A stretch of DNA of 64,000 nucleotides from Haliotis cracherodii (lineage: Eukaryota): positions 6,138,001 to 6,202,000 of the forward strand of contig NW_027266280.1 in assembly GCF_022045235.1 (NCBI RefSeq), given 5' to 3'. Made by a program: the position numbers and the translations under genes. Of the stretch, positions 63,489 to 64,000 are shown in pieces. Each line of letters starts with the position of its first letter. Within the stretch, counting starts at the first letter, position 1. Below the pieces are notes generated by a model. That model was not told where the DNA came from and did not search any database. It saw nothing but the letters and a program-made list of their open reading frames with translations.

Positions 63489-63770
63489 GGGGGCACGGGT
63501 GGCCAAGTCGTCTATGGCGCCGCGATTCGCTGTGCAGAGTTGCGTCCCTTGGTCACGCCAGAAACCTATGATTGTGGGTTCGAATCCCAGTTCGCCCCGA
63601 TTATGTTTCTAGGTTTGTCAGCACCATACCCGTGCTCGTGGGTTTCACCGAAGTGGTAAACGTCTAAGACCTGCATCACTTTGGGCATTCTGCCACATTA
63701 AACTGATACGCCGTGATATAACTGGAATAATGTTAAAAGCAGGGTTAAACCCAACTCACTCACTCACTCA
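63489..63770 (+). mobile_element. SINE family A, full length
   Basis: 13-bp TSD ctctttcttaata. Confidence 0.92.
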
Positions 63771-64000
63771 CTCTTTCTTAATACATTTTTTTAACAATGA
63801 AAACCACAAGAAAAAAATCAGTTTTAAATGAAGGGATGGTTATTAAATGTAACAGTTAGTCAGTGTGTCCTCAGTCACCATGTCCCCATGTTCTGCCATA
63901 TTAACAGGAGGCGCTATGCTTAGCAGCTACTTCTGCCTTTACAGGAGGTAACTCTATTAGTTCCTGTTCTATTTATAGCATATCATGATCTTACACACTG

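Overview
Repeat-rich, intron-containing animal genomic DNA. The SINE and transposon complement suggests a gastropod mollusc such as abalone, but this is an inference. Host genes, in order: (1) the last two coding exons of a two-pore-domain (K2P/TWiK) potassium channel (+); (2) a convergent coiled-coil protein exon (-); (3) two intact, tandemly duplicated four-exon theta-class glutathione S-transferases (-); (4) two early exons of a myosin XIX-like motor (+). The richest structure is mobile DNA. A KolobokP-type composite DNA transposon sits in intron 3 of the second GST; it has a DDD/E transposase, a His-Me finger homing-endonuclease ORF and a 450-bp terminal direct repeat with its own inverted ends. 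A decayed AcademH element (transposase plus RecQ-like helicase) lies between the GST copies, and Academ-type TAG..CTA MITEs form the GST 5' regions. There are also pogo and Tc1 fossils, RNase H-bearing LINE 3' ends, a BEL/Pao gag relic, four short retroelement families and several MITE families. One of those four families has no tRNA head and begins with a predicted pseudoknot. A putative solo LTR carries a tRNA-like Pol III cassette. There are eight minisatellite arrays, two of which appear to have arisen from, and displaced, the C-termini of the two convergent genes. All coordinates were read by eye and no searches were run.
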